Origin: Bigelowiella natans CCMP2755
Lineage: Eukaryota; Protista; Cercozoa
Length of the DNA stretch: 64,000 bases
Reading direction: 5' to 3'
Assembly: GCA_000320545.1 (NCBI GenBank)
Contig: ADNK01000029.1
Coordinates: forward strand, 62,001-126,000
The position numbers and the translations under genes are program-made. Numbering within the stretch: the first letter of the stretch is position 1; every line of letters starts with the position of its first letter. The notes beneath the pieces were generated by a model. That model was not told the origin of the DNA. It ran no database searches and worked only from the letters and a program-made list of their open reading frames with translations. Shown here piece by piece: positions 1 to 13,578 of the stretch.

Positions 1-28
1 ACAACATGAGCGCTGTAGCCGCTGCTTT

Positions 29-203
29 GCATAGCCACATGAGGATGACCATTAAAAATATTTAATCACATCATTACATCCGTCTGACATGACATGTTCA
101 AAAAACATTGCGGTGAACACATGATGCTGCATCTAGGCCTTGTTGTAAGACGGAAGTAATGATCAATTAAATTTGTTCAATGGTCATCCTTATGTAGCTA
201 TGC
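29..203. mobile_element. MITE-like foldback element with ~60-bp imperfect terminal inverted repeats
   Basis: Left arm gcatagccacatgaggatgaccattaaaaatatttaatcacatcattacatccgtctgaca (29-89) matches the reverse complement of 144-203 (gcatagctacataaggatgaccattgaacaaatttaattgatcattacttccgtcttaca). A degenerate copy of the arm lies at 41068-41116. No clear target-site duplication. Confidence 0.65.
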
Positions 204-248
204 CTTCTTGTTATTGTAGCGTACGTAATTGACTATTTATATTACATA

Positions 249-274
249 TGTGTGTGTGTGTGTGTGTGTGTGTG
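249..274. repeat. (TG)n microsatellite
   Basis: Direct read of the sequence. Confidence 0.95.
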
Positions 275-618
275 TACAATATGCGTGTGTAATGTATGGG
301 AGAAGTAATGTAGCGTCATAGCACATGCTTGCTACAGCAGACACAACGTAATATGAGACGAAGCGTAATGAAATGATTACATCTTAAATGACATGCTAAC
401 TTAATACATATGATATTACTGTGTCGATAGACACAATATTATACGATACACATATAATGCTACTGTGTCTGTAGTTACTGTGGGTAGTGTACTAGTACAT
501 TCCAGCTTCGTTGTAGTAACGCTTGACATCGTAATGCACAACATGGCTGTTACAAAAGGATTGTATTAAATATAGCTTTTGAGGATTGGCTGCTCCTGAT
601 ATAAATTTAAAACACACT

Positions 619-1920
619 TCAGGAAATATCTCCAGAAGTACGAATAGAAGGCAACCGTTGAAATTTCACGTTCATCATTCCCCCTTCCTCCGGGTTACTT
701 GCATTCATGCCATCTGCGATTACCACTGCAGACTTTTTTCCTTCCTCTGATCTAAATTTTCTAACTTTTCTCAGATTCTCCATTCTCATTTTTCTAAGCT
801 CTGATTTAGAGAGGTTGGATTCTGAGCTGGTTGACGGAGTATCTCCAGGTGCGAAGACTGAAGGCAAGCGTTGAAATTTTATGTTCATCATTCCCCCTTC
901 CTGCGGGCTGCTTGAATCTAAATTTTCTGTTACAACCGACTTCAATTCTTTCGGTTTGGATTCCTTCACACTCCTCAAATTTTCCATTCTTATCTTCCTG
1001 ATTTCTGCCGCAGCAGCTTTTCTGATTTCATTTTCTACTGCATTCTCGAAGATTTCTCGTGCGTCTCTTTCGACAAAGTACGCTTTCACCTCGTCTTGAA
1101 TGGCCTCCTCAACTATGTCCTCAATCGAAGGTAAAATATGTTGATGAATTAATCCCTCAATTATTTTCTCCAACAATCCCAACTTTCTTTCGCTTCCTTG
1201 CCGATGTTTAGAAATTCGCAAGTAGTGCGAAACCATACTATCGACAACCTCTGTAGCGATTTCTTTACAAAAACCAGGAAGGTTCTCAAAGAGCAAACAT
1301 TCGTAGATGTGATATACAGCTCTCGCGCGTGGAGAATTAGGAGCCAGAGGAGCGTAAGGGCCCAATATAACTTCCTGAATCAGGACGGGGATCATCTCGG
1401 AACGCAGAAAGTCATCGATGAGAAGATCGACCTGGGTATAATAAAGGACGTTGTAACTAAGATGTAGAATGGAGGCCTAATCATTACTTTAAATGAATTT
1501 ACATAATAAATATTTCAATATCTCACCGCTTGACGAACAACTCTGATCTCGAGCTTAAGATAATCTCCCTTCTTTTGTTGTTTACGCCGCCACCATCGTT
1601 GAATGATGATCGCACTTCGATTTACGTGTTGCCAGGAGGAGGACCCATCTTTGTTTGACGATTTTGCTTCTAACATTCGCGGTCGTATTCAAGAAACTAG
1701 AATTTATGATACTGAGGAGCTCGAAGATGGCGAAGACGATGCGTAAACCGATTCGTTGAATAACAAAAGATGGGGAAAGTCTTTGTGTACCAGAATCTTT
1801 GATCTGCGTGAAGGATTTATTTGGAGCACGATAATTATAATGAGGCCTCTAAAGCTTTTTCCTACGGGTAATCTGTGTTGCACTGCTATTCCTATGCCTA
1901 TAAGAAAGAATGCAAATATC
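619..1920 (-). CDS. Hypothetical protein with IQ-like calmodulin-binding motif and duplicated C-terminal segment (5' end unresolved)
   Basis: ORF 619-1395 extends upstream across a GT-AG intron (donor at 1526) into an exon encoding SAIIIQRWWRRKQQK (~1570-1616). The C-terminus has two copies of RKxRMENLR...EGGMMNxKFQRLPS. Confidence 0.55.
628..1000. repeat. Degenerate 213-bp (71-codon) tandem duplication inside CDS
   Basis: atctccag at 628 and 841; gaaggcaa.cgttgaaattt...gttcatcattcccccttcc at 647 and 860. Confidence 0.85.
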
Positions 1921-2261
1921 ATACGGTGATTATTTTAATTGTCTACCGAATAACTCATCAAGACTACATTTTCAAACTCCACCCCCTTCTCTTCTACCCC
2001 CCTTCACTCTCTCTCGCAGGTCGGTCGATCGTGCGCACTAAAAATCAAATTATTAGTCAGTGTAGATATCGGTTCTACCATATGCCCCTCCTCCTCCTCC
2101 TCCTCCTCTTCCCTTGACTCGCTCGTCGTTTCTGTGGGCTTCAGTTCGATTCTTCTTTTTCCGAAACGAGTCGGTTTCTGGCTGTGAGTGAGAATGATGT
2201 TGCTGCTTGACGTTATTGGCACAAATTCAGGGGAATTTTACCCTGCGACCTTCCAGAAGTA

Positions 2262-2803
2262 GAACATCTAGGCAGAAGGAGGCGCATCATTCATTCAAGA
2301 AACTCAGCCTCATGGAGGACACGGATGAACCACTTTTTCTTCAACTCATTGTGAAGCGTGGACAGAATTCCGGAGGGGCTCGATCTGTGGACTCAGCATG
2401 TGCTCTCATTGAAATCCTGCCCCCACAACACTGAAATGAATCCTCTCCCAATGAAACAAACTCCCCTCCGCTCCAGCCGGTGATGTGAGGAAGACGGAGA
2501 CGCACTTCACGCACCTTCGTTCCATCAAAAGTTTTGTGGCCTCCAGCTTTCCGTTTCACGTGGATGGAAGCACATGCAATGCATTTGAAGAGTCCATGTG
2601 CGCTGCACATTGGTTGCACAATCAATCAGCACCAGAGAAGTGCACTTGTGTTGCTGCGTGCGATGCCTTCCTTGCGGCACAGCACGCATTGCACACGCCA
2701 CATCCATTGTGCGGAGACAACAACTCAAACGAGCATGCATGCCAGCATGCACAACGCAGCCAATCTAGCAATCATCAATGATCGAATGGATTGTGAGGCC
2801 ATG
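2262..2803. other. TpA-depleted intergenic island 1
   Basis: No TA dinucleotide from 2271 to 2765. The only two TpA in 542 bp are in CTAG (2268, 2765). CpG is present. Confidence 0.9.
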
Positions 2804-3105
2804 TACGTTGACCCTCAATTTTGCACGTCCATTGGTGCATCATCTAGCCCATTGTGCTGCACGCAGACTGCGCGACAGTGGCTAGCTGCTGCGACATGTA
2901 CGAAGTACGTAGCATCTTCAATGCATCTAGACATGCAGGCAAAGTATTTTTTCTATCAAACATGTTATTCTTCACTATTGTACTTGCATGTTGCTCAAAC
3001 TCAAAATAAAGGAATGCAGTTTTCATCTTTTACAAGGAAGTAGATGTCTGCGAGGGTATGATGACTATCAGTGATGTCATTGGACAATTCCTCGCGATGA
3101 AGAAC

Positions 3106-6100
3106 CTAACGCCTCTTTTTCAAGAGCTTCATGAGAGCTCTCTTAGCTCCTTGATGACCCATGATTGAGGCCTTCGTGTAGTAGTCCATTGCTTCCTGTA
3201 TGCTCTTCGCTACATACTTCGAGTCTCCTTTTTCCTTGCGTTTGCCGAGATTGTACAAGGCTGCAGGCTCGCCATTTTCAGCAGCTTCGATATACCATGA
3301 AATGGCCTGCTTCTCGTTCTTCTCCACGCCGGTGCCGGACCAGTAGTACGCGGCGAGGTTGTTCATCGCAGGAGCGAATCCAAGCTCGGCGGAAGCTAGG
3401 TAGAAATCAAATGCCCTGAGTTTGTCCTGCTCAATACCGTTGCCAGCGTCGTAGGCTTCTGCGAGATAGAATAGCGCGACCGGGTGTTTTTTGGCTGCTG
3501 CCCTCTTGAACCACTCGATGGCGTTTTTGTGGCTGGTTCGTTGTCCCTCGTAGAGGTAGCCGTACTGGTTCATCACGCCAAGCTCGATCTGGGCGTTGGC
3601 ATCCCCTTCCTCAGCGAGCTCCAGAAGACCCTCCTTTCCGACCACACGCTGGATATGACGCAAGTTGTATTCAGCAACCCCTCTTTCATTTGATGAAGCC
3701 TTTCTGTAGGCTTCTACTGCCTTTTTCAGATCCTTCTCCAAGCCACCCTCGCCTGTCTCATAGCACCTTCCGAGGAAGTTCAGAGATGCTGGGTATCCTT
3801 TCTTCGCAGCCTTTTGATGCCAACTCAAAGCTTTTTTGGCGTCTGGAGCAACTCCAATTCCATAGGTATAGCAGAGAGCCACGTTGTACATTGCAGGCGT
3901 GTAGTCATCGGCCGCCATAGTGTAAAATTTGAAGGCATCATGAACATCTCTCTCTACTCCGCGACCGAACTCATATGCTTGGCCAATCGCCGTTTGGGAA
4001 GGCCGATGATTATTAATGGCGGCCTTGAAGTACCATTCAACAGCCTTTGCAACGTCTACCGCGCATCCGATGCCCATGTCGTAGCGCACACCTTCCTGGT
4101 AAGCCTTTTCTTCGTCTCCATTCTCGGCATCGATCCGGTTCTGAAGAGACTTCTTGCCCATGTCCATGGCAGTTTCGAAAAGGTCGATGAACCTATCACA
4201 ATCAGCTATGGAAGCAAAAATGAGATTATACGATCGGTTGCCGGTAAGGAACTTGCACTTGACTTTGACATGGTCCTTGCGACCCACGGAGGCAAGGTTG
4301 TTGAAGTAGAACCCTTTTAGTGGCTCTCCCTTCTCGTCGAAGTTCTCCATTTTTTCGTGGGAGAAGTCAAGAACGATGACACGATCTTGTTTCATTCCGT
4401 ACTTATTCACCTTGACGACATGGAAGGCATGTTGCTTGCGGCCATTGAGGAAGGAGGTAGCGATAATGCTATTCCTGTCGGATTTCACTGAGTTCAGGGC
4501 GTCGTCACCTACTTTCGACTCTCGTTTCGTCTCGTTCTTGGGCGCGTGAGCTAGGAAAGGAACGCGGACGTAAACTTTGGACACACCTGGTTTGTAGGAT
4601 TTTGGTACTTCCATGATCCAGGCTACGTCGTGCGGAGTGACAACAGTTAGTTTCTCGCCAGCCTTGAATCCCTTCGGAAGCTCGATGCGAGTGAGCTGAG
4701 TTGACATTAGCCTCATATCCTGGCCAACAGCTAGCGATTCATCATTTGGATCTTCTTTCTTGTATTTCGGAAGAGTGAGCTTGCGTTTCCATGAGGCTTC
4801 TCCTACACCTGCTGGCAGTGGTACGAGCTCCCCAATCTCTGCATTCGCATACAGGCGGCGATGGGTAGATCCGAGGTCAGGGACCAGAACTCCGTTATCG
4901 AGCGCTTGGCGATGGTCCACGATATGGTTAAAAGCTTTCAAGAGGAAGGCCGGAGGTAACTCGCCGATCTCCTCTTTGGTTGATTTCTCATCCTCTGCGA
5001 CAGCGCCTCCCTTCACCTCATCGGAATTCTTAGCGCGTGAATCTTCCAATTGCTTCATCGATATGTTCACGGTCGCATTGGATTCCGTATTAGTGGTGGT
5101 AGTAGTGGTGGTTGTGGTAGTGGTAATGATAGTTGTTGAGCCGCTCTCATCAGTTACGGTCTTCTTGCGTATGTCGGTCATGGAATTGCTCAAATTCGAG
5201 GTAGATTTTGAGCTTGCAGGAATGACAGCGATAGATTTCATCATCTTCTTCTTCTCTTCTCTCTTCTCTCGTTGGCTCGTGAGCTCCTCTTCCTCCTTAG
5301 TCACCCAGCCCTTTTGAATGCAGTAGTTCAGGTTCTTCACTCCCCCAGGGTGTCCCTGATCAGCAGCCTGTTGATACAATACTATGGCCTTTGGCAGATT
5401 GGGCTCAACTCCCCATCCCTTTTCGTAGCGGATTCCAAGGTTGTTCTGCGAGGGTGCAAATCCATGGCCAGCCGCCTTCTCATACCAGAAGACTGCCATC
5501 TTCTCGTCCTTTTCCACACCATAACCCTCGACGTAGCACACGGCCAGGTTGTTTTGTGCTGGGGGATACTCGTTCGCTGCGGATTTTCGGTACCAATATA
5601 ATGCGTTGTCGACGTCCGGTTCCACACCTTCTCCTTTTTCGTAGCACAAAGCTGTCCGCATCTGGGCCTCTGGGTGATCGTGCCTTGCAGCCTTCAAGAA
5701 GCAGAGGAAAGCATGCTTCTGGTCTTTCCTTTCTTGGTAAACTAAGCCGTGGCGAAATTGTTCATCGGCATACTCTGTGTTCATCGTCTTGATATTCGCG
5801 TCGCCCTTGTCAGCTCCAGCTCGCAGTGCCATTTCATAATTGAAAATAGCGGGTTCGTATCCCTGGTCCGCACCCTGTTTGTAGAGTTTAACGGCACGTG
5901 GCATGTCCGTTTCCACATCCTCACCGATCTCATAGGTACGACCGAGATGGTTTTGTGCTTCAGGAAGCCCCTCCTTGGCTGCCTTCTGGAAGGTTTCCAT
6001 CGCCTTTTTGCTATCACGGTCTACGCCAAGACCGTAGAAATAACACAATGCGATGCGGTACAGCGATCGAGTGTGGCCCTGTCCATAAGCTACTTTGTAT

Positions 6101-9100
6101 CGCTCAAGAGCCTCTTTGACAGATTGATCCACGCCGAGACCAAATTCGTAGCTGTGTGCCAATTGATACGACGCCTCGGCTTTACCTTGGGCAGAAGATT
6201 TCGCGAACAGTTTGGCTGCTTCCACATAATCGGGCTTGCATCCTTGGCCGTTCGCTAATCGGAGGCCATGCTCGTATTGGGCGTCCTTGTCGCCCATATC
6301 CGCATTAGCTTTAATCTGTGCTCCTCTTCGCATCCTATCCTTCAATTCGCTGAGTTTGTGGATGAAGAGCATCTTCTCCTTCTCAGAGGCAAATTTGAGA
6401 TCGTACTTGCGGTTGCCGTTGTTGAATTTGATGCGCACTCGTTTCTTCCCTTCGCTTTTAAAGCTACTTACGAACTTAATATCAAAGTCATTCTTCAATT
6501 CACCGTTGGCATCATAATTGTGAATTTGCTCTGCAAAGTTATCAATGATAACGACACGCGACTGGTTAAATCCCCATTTGCTGGTCTTCTCCACATCAAA
6601 TTCAACGATGTCCCCAGCGTCTAATTTTTTCTCTCCTTCTTCCGTTTCGGACAATTTCTTCTCTTCTCCCCCCGTTTCCGCTAATTTGTCTGCGGCAACT
6701 TCAGCACCCATCTTTGCTTCCAACTTTTGGTCCCCAGAAACACGCATGGTCGCGATCTTGGCCAAGAATTCATCCCCATATTCGAGCTTCTTGGGAATCA
6801 CAAGTTGCATGTGAATATCGCCCTCGGTTACAATACGGACTTCGTCCCCTCCTTTACATCCCTTAGGGACCTGCAGTTTCACCAGATCGTGCTGAATAAG
6901 GCGTTCCGGTCCAGTCTCGCCTAGTTTGACCTCGCTCTCAAGGTTGGATGCATTCCTGATGGCTCGATTAAGAGCTGTCTTTCCAGCCTCAGCTCCCAGT
7001 TGTTCAAGATGCCCTCTGAGAGCTCTGCCGCGATTTTTCTTTCCGGCCTTCCAATGTACTCTCTCGGACACGCCCAGATCCTCTAATGGAAGTCGCACGA
7101 GGTAAACACGAACCGAGGTTTCTTGTTGCTGATCCTTTTTCTTTGCCTCTGACAGATTCGCTACTGACTTGCTTCCAGGTCGGTGGGAAACCACGGTACT
7201 CTGAGATCGTGCGTGTCTTATAAGGGGAGCCGCAGCTTCCTTCGCGTCGTCGTCCTTAGCCATTAGTTTACTCAGCAGCAGCTTACCGGTGGTTACCTCA
7301 ATTGAATCCTGCTTGTTTTCAGAAGCAGCCTCAATTCCGATCATGAGCTTCTGAGCATTTTCCTCACGAATACCTTCGTCCAACATGGTGTTTACTTCTA
7401 CCTCGGTCATTCTCTTGATACTCCTTGATTTTGCGAACTCAATCTCGGGTTCTGCGAGGTCGTTATTTTTTTCGTCATCATCATCATCATCATCATCATC
7501 GCTTCCGCTCTTCTCCCCGTCGTCATTGACGCGTTCCTCTTTCTGTTTCCTTTCGCGGAACCTCAGAGATTTAGGTTTGCGCTCCTTTGTGGACTTCACG
7601 ATCACGGCACGTTGCGAGCCACATCTCTTTCGTTCTTCCTCTAAAGAATCAAGGAATTCTCGATCCGAGAGGTACTTCGAAGTCTCGCTCGTTTTCGAGA
7701 GGACACGCGAGTTGTTGCGATCTTTCACATAGGTAACCTGAGTGATCAATTCAGTAGTAATAAGAGAATATATGCAGGCAAAATGTGATACAAACGGTAA
7801 GATTTCATACCTTCTCGTGGGTAATAGTGACAGAATGGTGTGTAATCTCTAGCTCATTGATGGTATCTTCCAGCTCTTTGCAATCTTGCCGAAGTGCCTT
7901 AACCTTGGCTTCCTCAGCATGAAGTTTCTCTTCCAGTCCCGCCCGTTGCTTGGATTCTTTCTGCATTTCCTGTAGTATGGACACCTTAGCGTTCGTGGCC
8001 CTTTCCAGAGCCCTCGTGGTGGATGCACGGCGCTTCTTTTCATTCTCCAACTCGAGACGCACATGTTCGCCTTCTTCCTTTAGAAGCTTGACTTCCTCCT
8101 GTCCTTTCTGAATCTTAACCTGGTCTTCCTTTGACTTAGCCCGCATGCTAGTGGAATCTTTTTCAAGTTCTCTCAAACGCTCGTTCATTTTTTGGTTCGA
8201 TCTTTTCTCAAAGTTAAGCTCCTCGGATAACGCCTCTACATCTGCGGACGCTAGATCAATCCTAGAGCGATACTCGTCGCATTGTTTACGTTCTCGGTCC
8301 AATTGCTCTGCCATAAGAAGCTTGGCCTTCGACGATTCCTCCAGCGCCTTTTGTTCGTTGCTTCTCATCTTCTTTTCTAGGTATAACTCGCCCTTTATCT
8401 CCTCATCCTTCTTGCGGAGTTCGGTAAGTTGCTTTTCAAGTTCCCCCAGCTTCTTCTTTTCGGATGACATTTCTGTCTCGAGAGCCAGACATTTAGTTTC
8501 GTATCTCTTCTTTTCTTCGGATTCTGAAGTGGTTTGGCGCTTATGCTTTTCTATCTCAGATTCCATTTGCTTAATCTTGCTTTCAAGCTCAGCGAGCTTC
8601 TTCTCATCTGCTTGCAGACCCTGTAGAGCAGCGCTCTCAGCCTGCCTGTGTAACCGAATTGCTTTTTCAAGATCGTTGATACGCTGGTTTGCATTGTTGT
8701 TCGAAGTTTCCAGAATGGACCTTTCTGTAGCCAGTGTCTGCAGTTTCTGATCCAAATTCCTTTTTTCTTTCAACGATGATTCCAACTCACTTTCAACTTC
8801 CTCGCGTTGTTTCTGCTCGGATTCCAGCTGTGAAAACAATCTCATCTTAGCTTTAGTCGCGCTGTCTAGAGCCATTTTCACTTCAACGACATGAGAGTCT
8901 CTCTCTTCAAGTTCCTTCTTCATGTTCTGATACGCTTCGCTTTGGTCCGAGAGCTTTTTCTTTGTGTCCTGATTTTCCTTCTTTTGTGTTTGTAAGATCT
9001 TCGCGGTAGACGAGTGAGCGTTCTCAGACTCCTTCAAAGCAATCTCTAACTCCTTGATTCGAAGGTTGACTCCCTCAAGCTCTCTCTTGAGGGCTCCACA

Positions 9101-12086
9101 ATTTCTTTGAGACTCAGCCACAACTTGCTTAGTTTTGCGAACCTCCTCCTCAGATGTCCTGGTCTCTGCCTTTGCCATCTCCAGCTGTTTGGTGAGTTTA
9201 AACAGCATTTTAGCATCGGAACTAAGACCCTGTTGTGCCTCAGCCAGCATTCTTTCAGCTTGCTGGATTTTCAGAGACTGCTCTTTCTTATATTTCTCAA
9301 AACTTGCCTTGGTGTCAATCTTCTCTTTCCTCTCAGCCTCAACTTCCTCTGCCATATCCAAGTTAGCTTTGGACAGTCTATCAGCTGCGATTTCTGCATC
9401 TAGCCTCCTTTTCTTTTCCTCATCTAGAGCCAAAGATTTGATTAGGCACTTCTCGGTAAGAGCTTTTTCGGAGTTTTGCGCGGCAATGCGTGTCTCTTGT
9501 TCTCTACCAAGTTGCCCCAGCAGCGCATTTTTTGTTTTGTCCGCATTCTCAAGGGCAAGTTTGGCGTTGGAGAGCGCGAACTTTTCGTCCTTGAGTTTAA
9601 GAGCGAGATCTTTATTGATACCTTTCTCCTTTTTCAAAGAACTTTCCAGCTGTTTTTTTGTATCCAGTTCGTTAGCTAGCTCCTGTCCCATCCTGGCCTT
9701 TTCAGATGAGAGTATTCGGATCTTATCTTTTGAGTCTTTACAGCATTTAGTTTCAGCATCTAATTTGATGACGAGATCTGCGTTCTCCTTCTTTGCAGAG
9801 GCAAATTGTTCCTCATGTTCCTTCGCTATAGCTTCTGACCTCTGGAGCTTAGCCTCAAGTTCTTTTACCTGATTTCCGAGCTTACTCATCTCTTTGGCAT
9901 CTGCCGTCAATCCAGACCTTGCGACCTTGAGTGACTCGGCAGCAACCTGTAACTTCGACACCAAGTCAGCGTTACGTGTTTTCTCCTTCTTCAAGGTATC
10001 AGTGACGACGGTTTTTTCCTTTGTGAGAGTCTCCACCTCTGCCTTGGTCTTCTGGTGAGATTTTTTTTCGCTCTCCATTGAAGCTTGGGTCTGGGCTAGA
10101 GCATCAGTTTGCTTTGCACACTGTTCTCGAATTTTCTTTTTCTCTTCCTTCAATGATTTAATCGACTTTCGGGCTGTTTCACGCTGTTTCTGTTCAGCTT
10201 CAAGCTGATTCAGGAGTTTCTCATTCTCCTTTTTGAAAGTTGCCAATTGAGAAAGCGTAACCTTCCGTTCATCACCTTGTTTGCGTAACTTTACCTCTAA
10301 GTCACGATTCGACTCCTTTACGGAAGCGAGATCACTTCGTGTCGAAGCAAGTTTCTCGTCAGTCTTTCGGCATTCCTCTTCTGCTGAATTCTTTTCCTTA
10401 GAAATTTTTTTGAGTTTCTTTTCAGTGGTTTGAAGCTTTCCAGACAAAGTTTTCATGTCTTGCTCAAGGGCTCCACGTTGGAGATTAGCTGTCTTGAGGT
10501 CCTCGGAAGCCGATTTGTGATCGTCTTGCGAAGCTTTAAGTTCTCTGAGGGCACCAACGAGTTTATCTTTGAGCTCGCTCATGGCCAATTCATCGTTCTG
10601 GATCTTTTGGGCATTTTTTCGGTTGGTTTCTTTGAGTTCGGTATTGTCGTTCATGGAACTCTTAAGCTGTGCCTTCGTTGCAGCATGCGCTTTTTCTTCG
10701 TCTCTCAAAGACGTTTCGGTCAATTTAGAAGCATCTTTCAGTTTGGCCAATTCATCCTTGGTTTTGCTATTCTCTCCTTTCTCGGCATCCAGTGAGTCTT
10801 GAAGCTCAGAAATTTTGTCCTGCAACTTGGTAGCCTTTTTACCTGCTTTGAATTCGGAGGCTTTTGCATTCACAATTTGGGACTCAAGCTTCTCAACCTT
10901 TCCTTTCAGCTGAAGCATAACTTGGGCATCCGCATCTATTCCTTTTTGCGCCCGTTTTACATCGTCACGTGTGTGCTTGAGTTCGAGCTGTAATAATCTG
11001 ACGTCTTCCTTTGCTTTCTCCAAAGCAGTGTTCTTTTCGTCTTTCTGGCGCGCCTCCGATTTGAGTTTCAGTCCAAGTTGGTGCACATTTCCATCAGACG
11101 CTTTCAGTTTGCCTTGCAATTCTTTAAGGTTCTTCTGCAATAGAGATATATGCTTGGCTTTCTTTCTTGAGTCGGTCTTGGATTTCTCCAATTCCATTTG
11201 GTGCTTAAGTCGTTCTCGACGCTCCGAGGCTACTTGGTCGGCAAGCAACACCTTAGCCTGCATCGACTTCTCGAGTGAGGTTTGAGCTTCCTCTCGTTGC
11301 TTGATCTCCTCACTTAGAATGTGGTCTAGGTGTTTTATATGCTTCTTGCTGTCACCCAGGTCGTTCTTGGAATCTGCAAGCTCCTTTTTGAGTGAAAGGA
11401 TTTGTCCAGCAAGCCTCTCTTCCGTCTCTGCAGCACGAGCAAGAGACCCCAGGCACTCCATCCGTCCCTTTCTTTCGTATTCTTCCTTGTGAGATATTCG
11501 CTCAATTTCATCATTAGATTTTGCGAGGTTCTCTTTTAGGCTGGAGATATCCTTTTCTTGGGTCTGAAGCTTGTCATTTTGAACTTGGACAGTCTGCTGA
11601 AGTTCAGCAAGCTGCTTCTGATCAGCACTCTGGCCTTCTTGGGCTTTTGCAAAAGCGTCCTTGGCCCGTTCCAGCTGAATTAGAAGCTGCCTTTGGTTGC
11701 CAGTCGATTGTCTCAGCTCCTCTTCAATCTTCTCGCGATCTTCACGTTCAGCCTCCAAATCCTCCGCAAGATTAATGTACTTCTTACTAGCGGCTTCGAG
11801 TTTTTGGCGAGTCTCATCGTGAGCATTTTTTTCGTTGGTAAGGTTTTTGGTCGACTCCTTGAGATGTTCAGCTCGCTTTTTCAACTCCTTTCCTAATATT
11901 CATCGCGATAAAATCAGATGCTGTCACTCGTGTGGCGTGGACGTACTTCTGGACTGCCAGGAGTCCAGTCAAAATATCCTATTCTATTTTAGTTTCATTG
12001 AGCATAATAACCACTACTATATGTATTATTGTATCACATTTTTGCGCACACATACACAAACACAAACAAATTCAAAATTAACATAA

Positions 12087-12131
<45 letters not shown>

Positions 12132-13536
12132 TATATGGATTATCTCATATAATATAATACTAGAAAGATTTATGCTTTTATAAGTGCCTTATAAGTCTCA
12201 CCTAGTGACTTTGCTTCGTCCCTGAGCTTGTCAGACTCGATCTTTAAATCCTTCTCTGCAATTTGTGATTTGACGAGTTGCTTTTTGGTGTCTCCATGTT
12301 GTTTTTTCTCCTCTTTTAGCCGTTTTTTAAGATCCTTTTCGTCTGCCTGGGCTTGGGAAAATTTTTTTTTAATGGATTCATGTGCTCCTTTTTCTTTGGT
12401 AAGGGAATTCTTGATGTCAGCCAATTCCTTCGCCTTTTGCGACAATTGCTTCATCGCATCGGCACTTGCCTTCTCCTCCCTGGTCAATTTTCCCTTCAGC
12501 GTGAGGCTACGGTTCTCTGCCTTCTTTAGATCATCCTTCGTTTTTTGATGACCAGCCTGCTCGGTTATCAACGTCTTCTTCACGTCTTCCTCTGAGGTTT
12601 GGACTTTTTCCAGCTGCTTTCGAACTGAAGCATGTTGTTTTCTTTCGGAAGCTAAAGCCTTTTCGGCGTCGTCTTTACCCTGGGTAGCCGAGTTGAGTTT
12701 TTTCTCAAGTGTGGATACTTTATCTTCTTCCTTCTTAAGGCTGCTTTTAGCGTTTTCTTCTCCCGTCTTATGCGTCTGAAGAACTTCACGTGTTGAATTA
12801 TGATCGTCCTTCTCTTTCGCAAGAGCTGCCAAGGCTTTTTCTTTTGCTTCCGTCTCCGCTTTCAGTAGATCTCTCATCTTTTCGAGATCACGTTTTACAT
12901 CGTCACTTACAGAAGAGGTTGCGAGTGCTTTCTTCTCAGCTGCGCGCAGCTCACTCTCGAGCTTTCGCAGAGTTTCCTTCGTGCTTTCATGGCTTTTCTC
13001 TTCGCGAGTAAGAGCCTTCGCCCGAGTATCCAATTCAGCTTTGGTGCTCTTTAGCTTCGCTTCGCTCACGAAGACGATTTCTCGCTCTTTCTCCAAGTCG
13101 TGCTTTGCCTTTTCCTCGGTTTCTTTTAAATTCTCTTTTGTCTTCGCATGCGCCTTTTTCTCTCTCTCTAAGGCATCACTCATGCTCTGCTGAGAATGCT
13201 TAGCTTGGACGATTGCGTTGTTTTTCTCGGTCAGTTGCTGAAGTGCGGAGTCTCGCTCAGATCTGCTTTCGGCGAGAGCCTTCTGAGTTTCTGAGTGAAG
13301 TTCCTTTTCCCGCAAAAGATCAGCCTTGGAGTCCTTAGCTTTCTTCTGAAGGGCATTGTTCTTAGACTTCATGTTCTCAAGCTGCTTTTTGGCTTCATAC
13401 TCAGCATTTTGGACTTCGTCAAGTTCCTTCAGTGCAGCAGATAGTCGCGTCTTTTCTTTGGCCTGGATAAATCGTAAGGAATAAGCTAGATCAAACTCAT
13501 ATTTCTAATAAAAGATTTCTAAATGTTAAATATATA

Positions 13537-13578
<42 letters not shown>

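Noticed and set aside
2271-2765. CpG-methylation decay or fungal-type RIP as the cause of the TG/CA excess
   Set aside because: CpG is common in the islands and TpA is the missing dinucleotide. C to T processes would not remove TpA.
3106-6300. Bacterial contamination or recent horizontal transfer suggested by SEL1 repeats in a 4.6-kb exon
   Set aside because: The exon is spliced to eukaryotic CH/coiled-coil exons and its composition resembles neighbouring exons. An older origin cannot be tested without phylogeny.
8145-11492. Plus-strand Ser/Phe/Leu-rich ORFs (also 43578-46991)
   Set aside because: These are antisense shadows of K/E-rich coiled-coil codons.
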